Source: Hypanus sabinus (lineage: Eukaryota). From it: a stretch of DNA of 64,000 nt. The position numbers and the translations under genes are program-made. The first letter of the stretch is position 1, and the number at the start of each line of letters is the position of its first letter. Positions 63,415-64,000 of this stretch are shown here, in pieces. The DNA lies in assembly GCF_030144855.1 (NCBI RefSeq), contig NC_082713.1, positions 140,616,001 through 140,680,000 on the forward strand, in the 5' to 3' direction. The notes below the pieces were generated by a model that saw only the letters and a list, made by a program, of their open reading frames with translations, was not told where the DNA came from and did not search any database.

Positions 63415-64000
63415 ACCTAGGTGATGTGCACAGGACTGGTCATTCATAATGTTAATGCCCAGGAATTTGAAGCTGCTGACTCTTGACCTCTGACCCACCA
63501 ATGAGAACTGGCACATGTGAATTTTTAGTTCTTAAAAGCAAGCTTAACAAAGTTCACCTCTTGGCAATCCTCATCTTGGATCCTCTGTGAGAAACCTCCT
63601 GGTGTCTTTGCCCCTGGGAATTGAGGGGTCCGCTATCCATTTGTACTTGGTAATCATTACATGATCCTCTGCTGTAGCTGGGCTTAGTGGAAGCAAGTGT
63701 ATGATGCAGTAATATTTCGTTGCTTGTCCCACTGAATCTGCAGGCACAATACAAATCCCTTCCAGGCATCTGTGCTTGCATTCTACTTCTGAAAGGAAGA
63801 AAGAGCATGTGTTCCATGTATGTAGAGGATAATTAGCTGTATTCATTTGCAAAGTGTTAGATGTTTGTTTGTGTTGGTTTAATGTTGCATTTGAATGTAG
63901 TAATTCATGCTTTGACTTATGGGATTTATTGTCCTTTCCAATAGATCTGATGGAATGAGGGTTTTGATAACATTCAACCCCTTCAGCTTGTGGATCAGTT

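Noticed and set aside
63920-64000. Acceptor-like gtcctttccaatag as SMC1B exon 5
   Set aside because: Phase-0 translation hits a stop immediately and does not give the expected AERYQ-like sequence

Overview
AT-rich, repeat-dense vertebrate DNA. The repeat complement (CR1, Rex/Babar, RTE, L1, Penelope-like elements, HE1/V-SINE-like SINEs) points to a cartilaginous fish, probably a ray (inference). Three genes are present. RIBC2 is complete on the minus strand: 7 coding exons at 25959-49067, 1140 nt, 379 aa, all GT-AG with consistent phases. SMC1B coding exons 1-4 lie head-to-head with it on the plus strand, with the ATGs about 450 bp apart across a CpG-rich bidirectional promoter. A probable FBLN1 first exon with a TATA/Inr promoter lies at about 6191-6430 (minus), matching the human 22q13 gene order. 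The most unusual feature is a young, 5'-complete CR1 LINE in SMC1B intron 1. Its 5' end is an array of about 3.9 copies of a 169-171 bp promoter monomer (TATA, TCT/TOP initiator, ETS, YY1, CCAAT, E2F, NRF1 motifs), and it begins exactly 30 nt downstream of the monomer TATA position. Also notable are Penelope-like insertions with inverted arms, about 14-bp TSDs and minimal hammerhead ribozyme motifs, a solo LTR, and a hAT MITE with a perfect TSD. Boundaries of old repeats are approximate and no searches were run.
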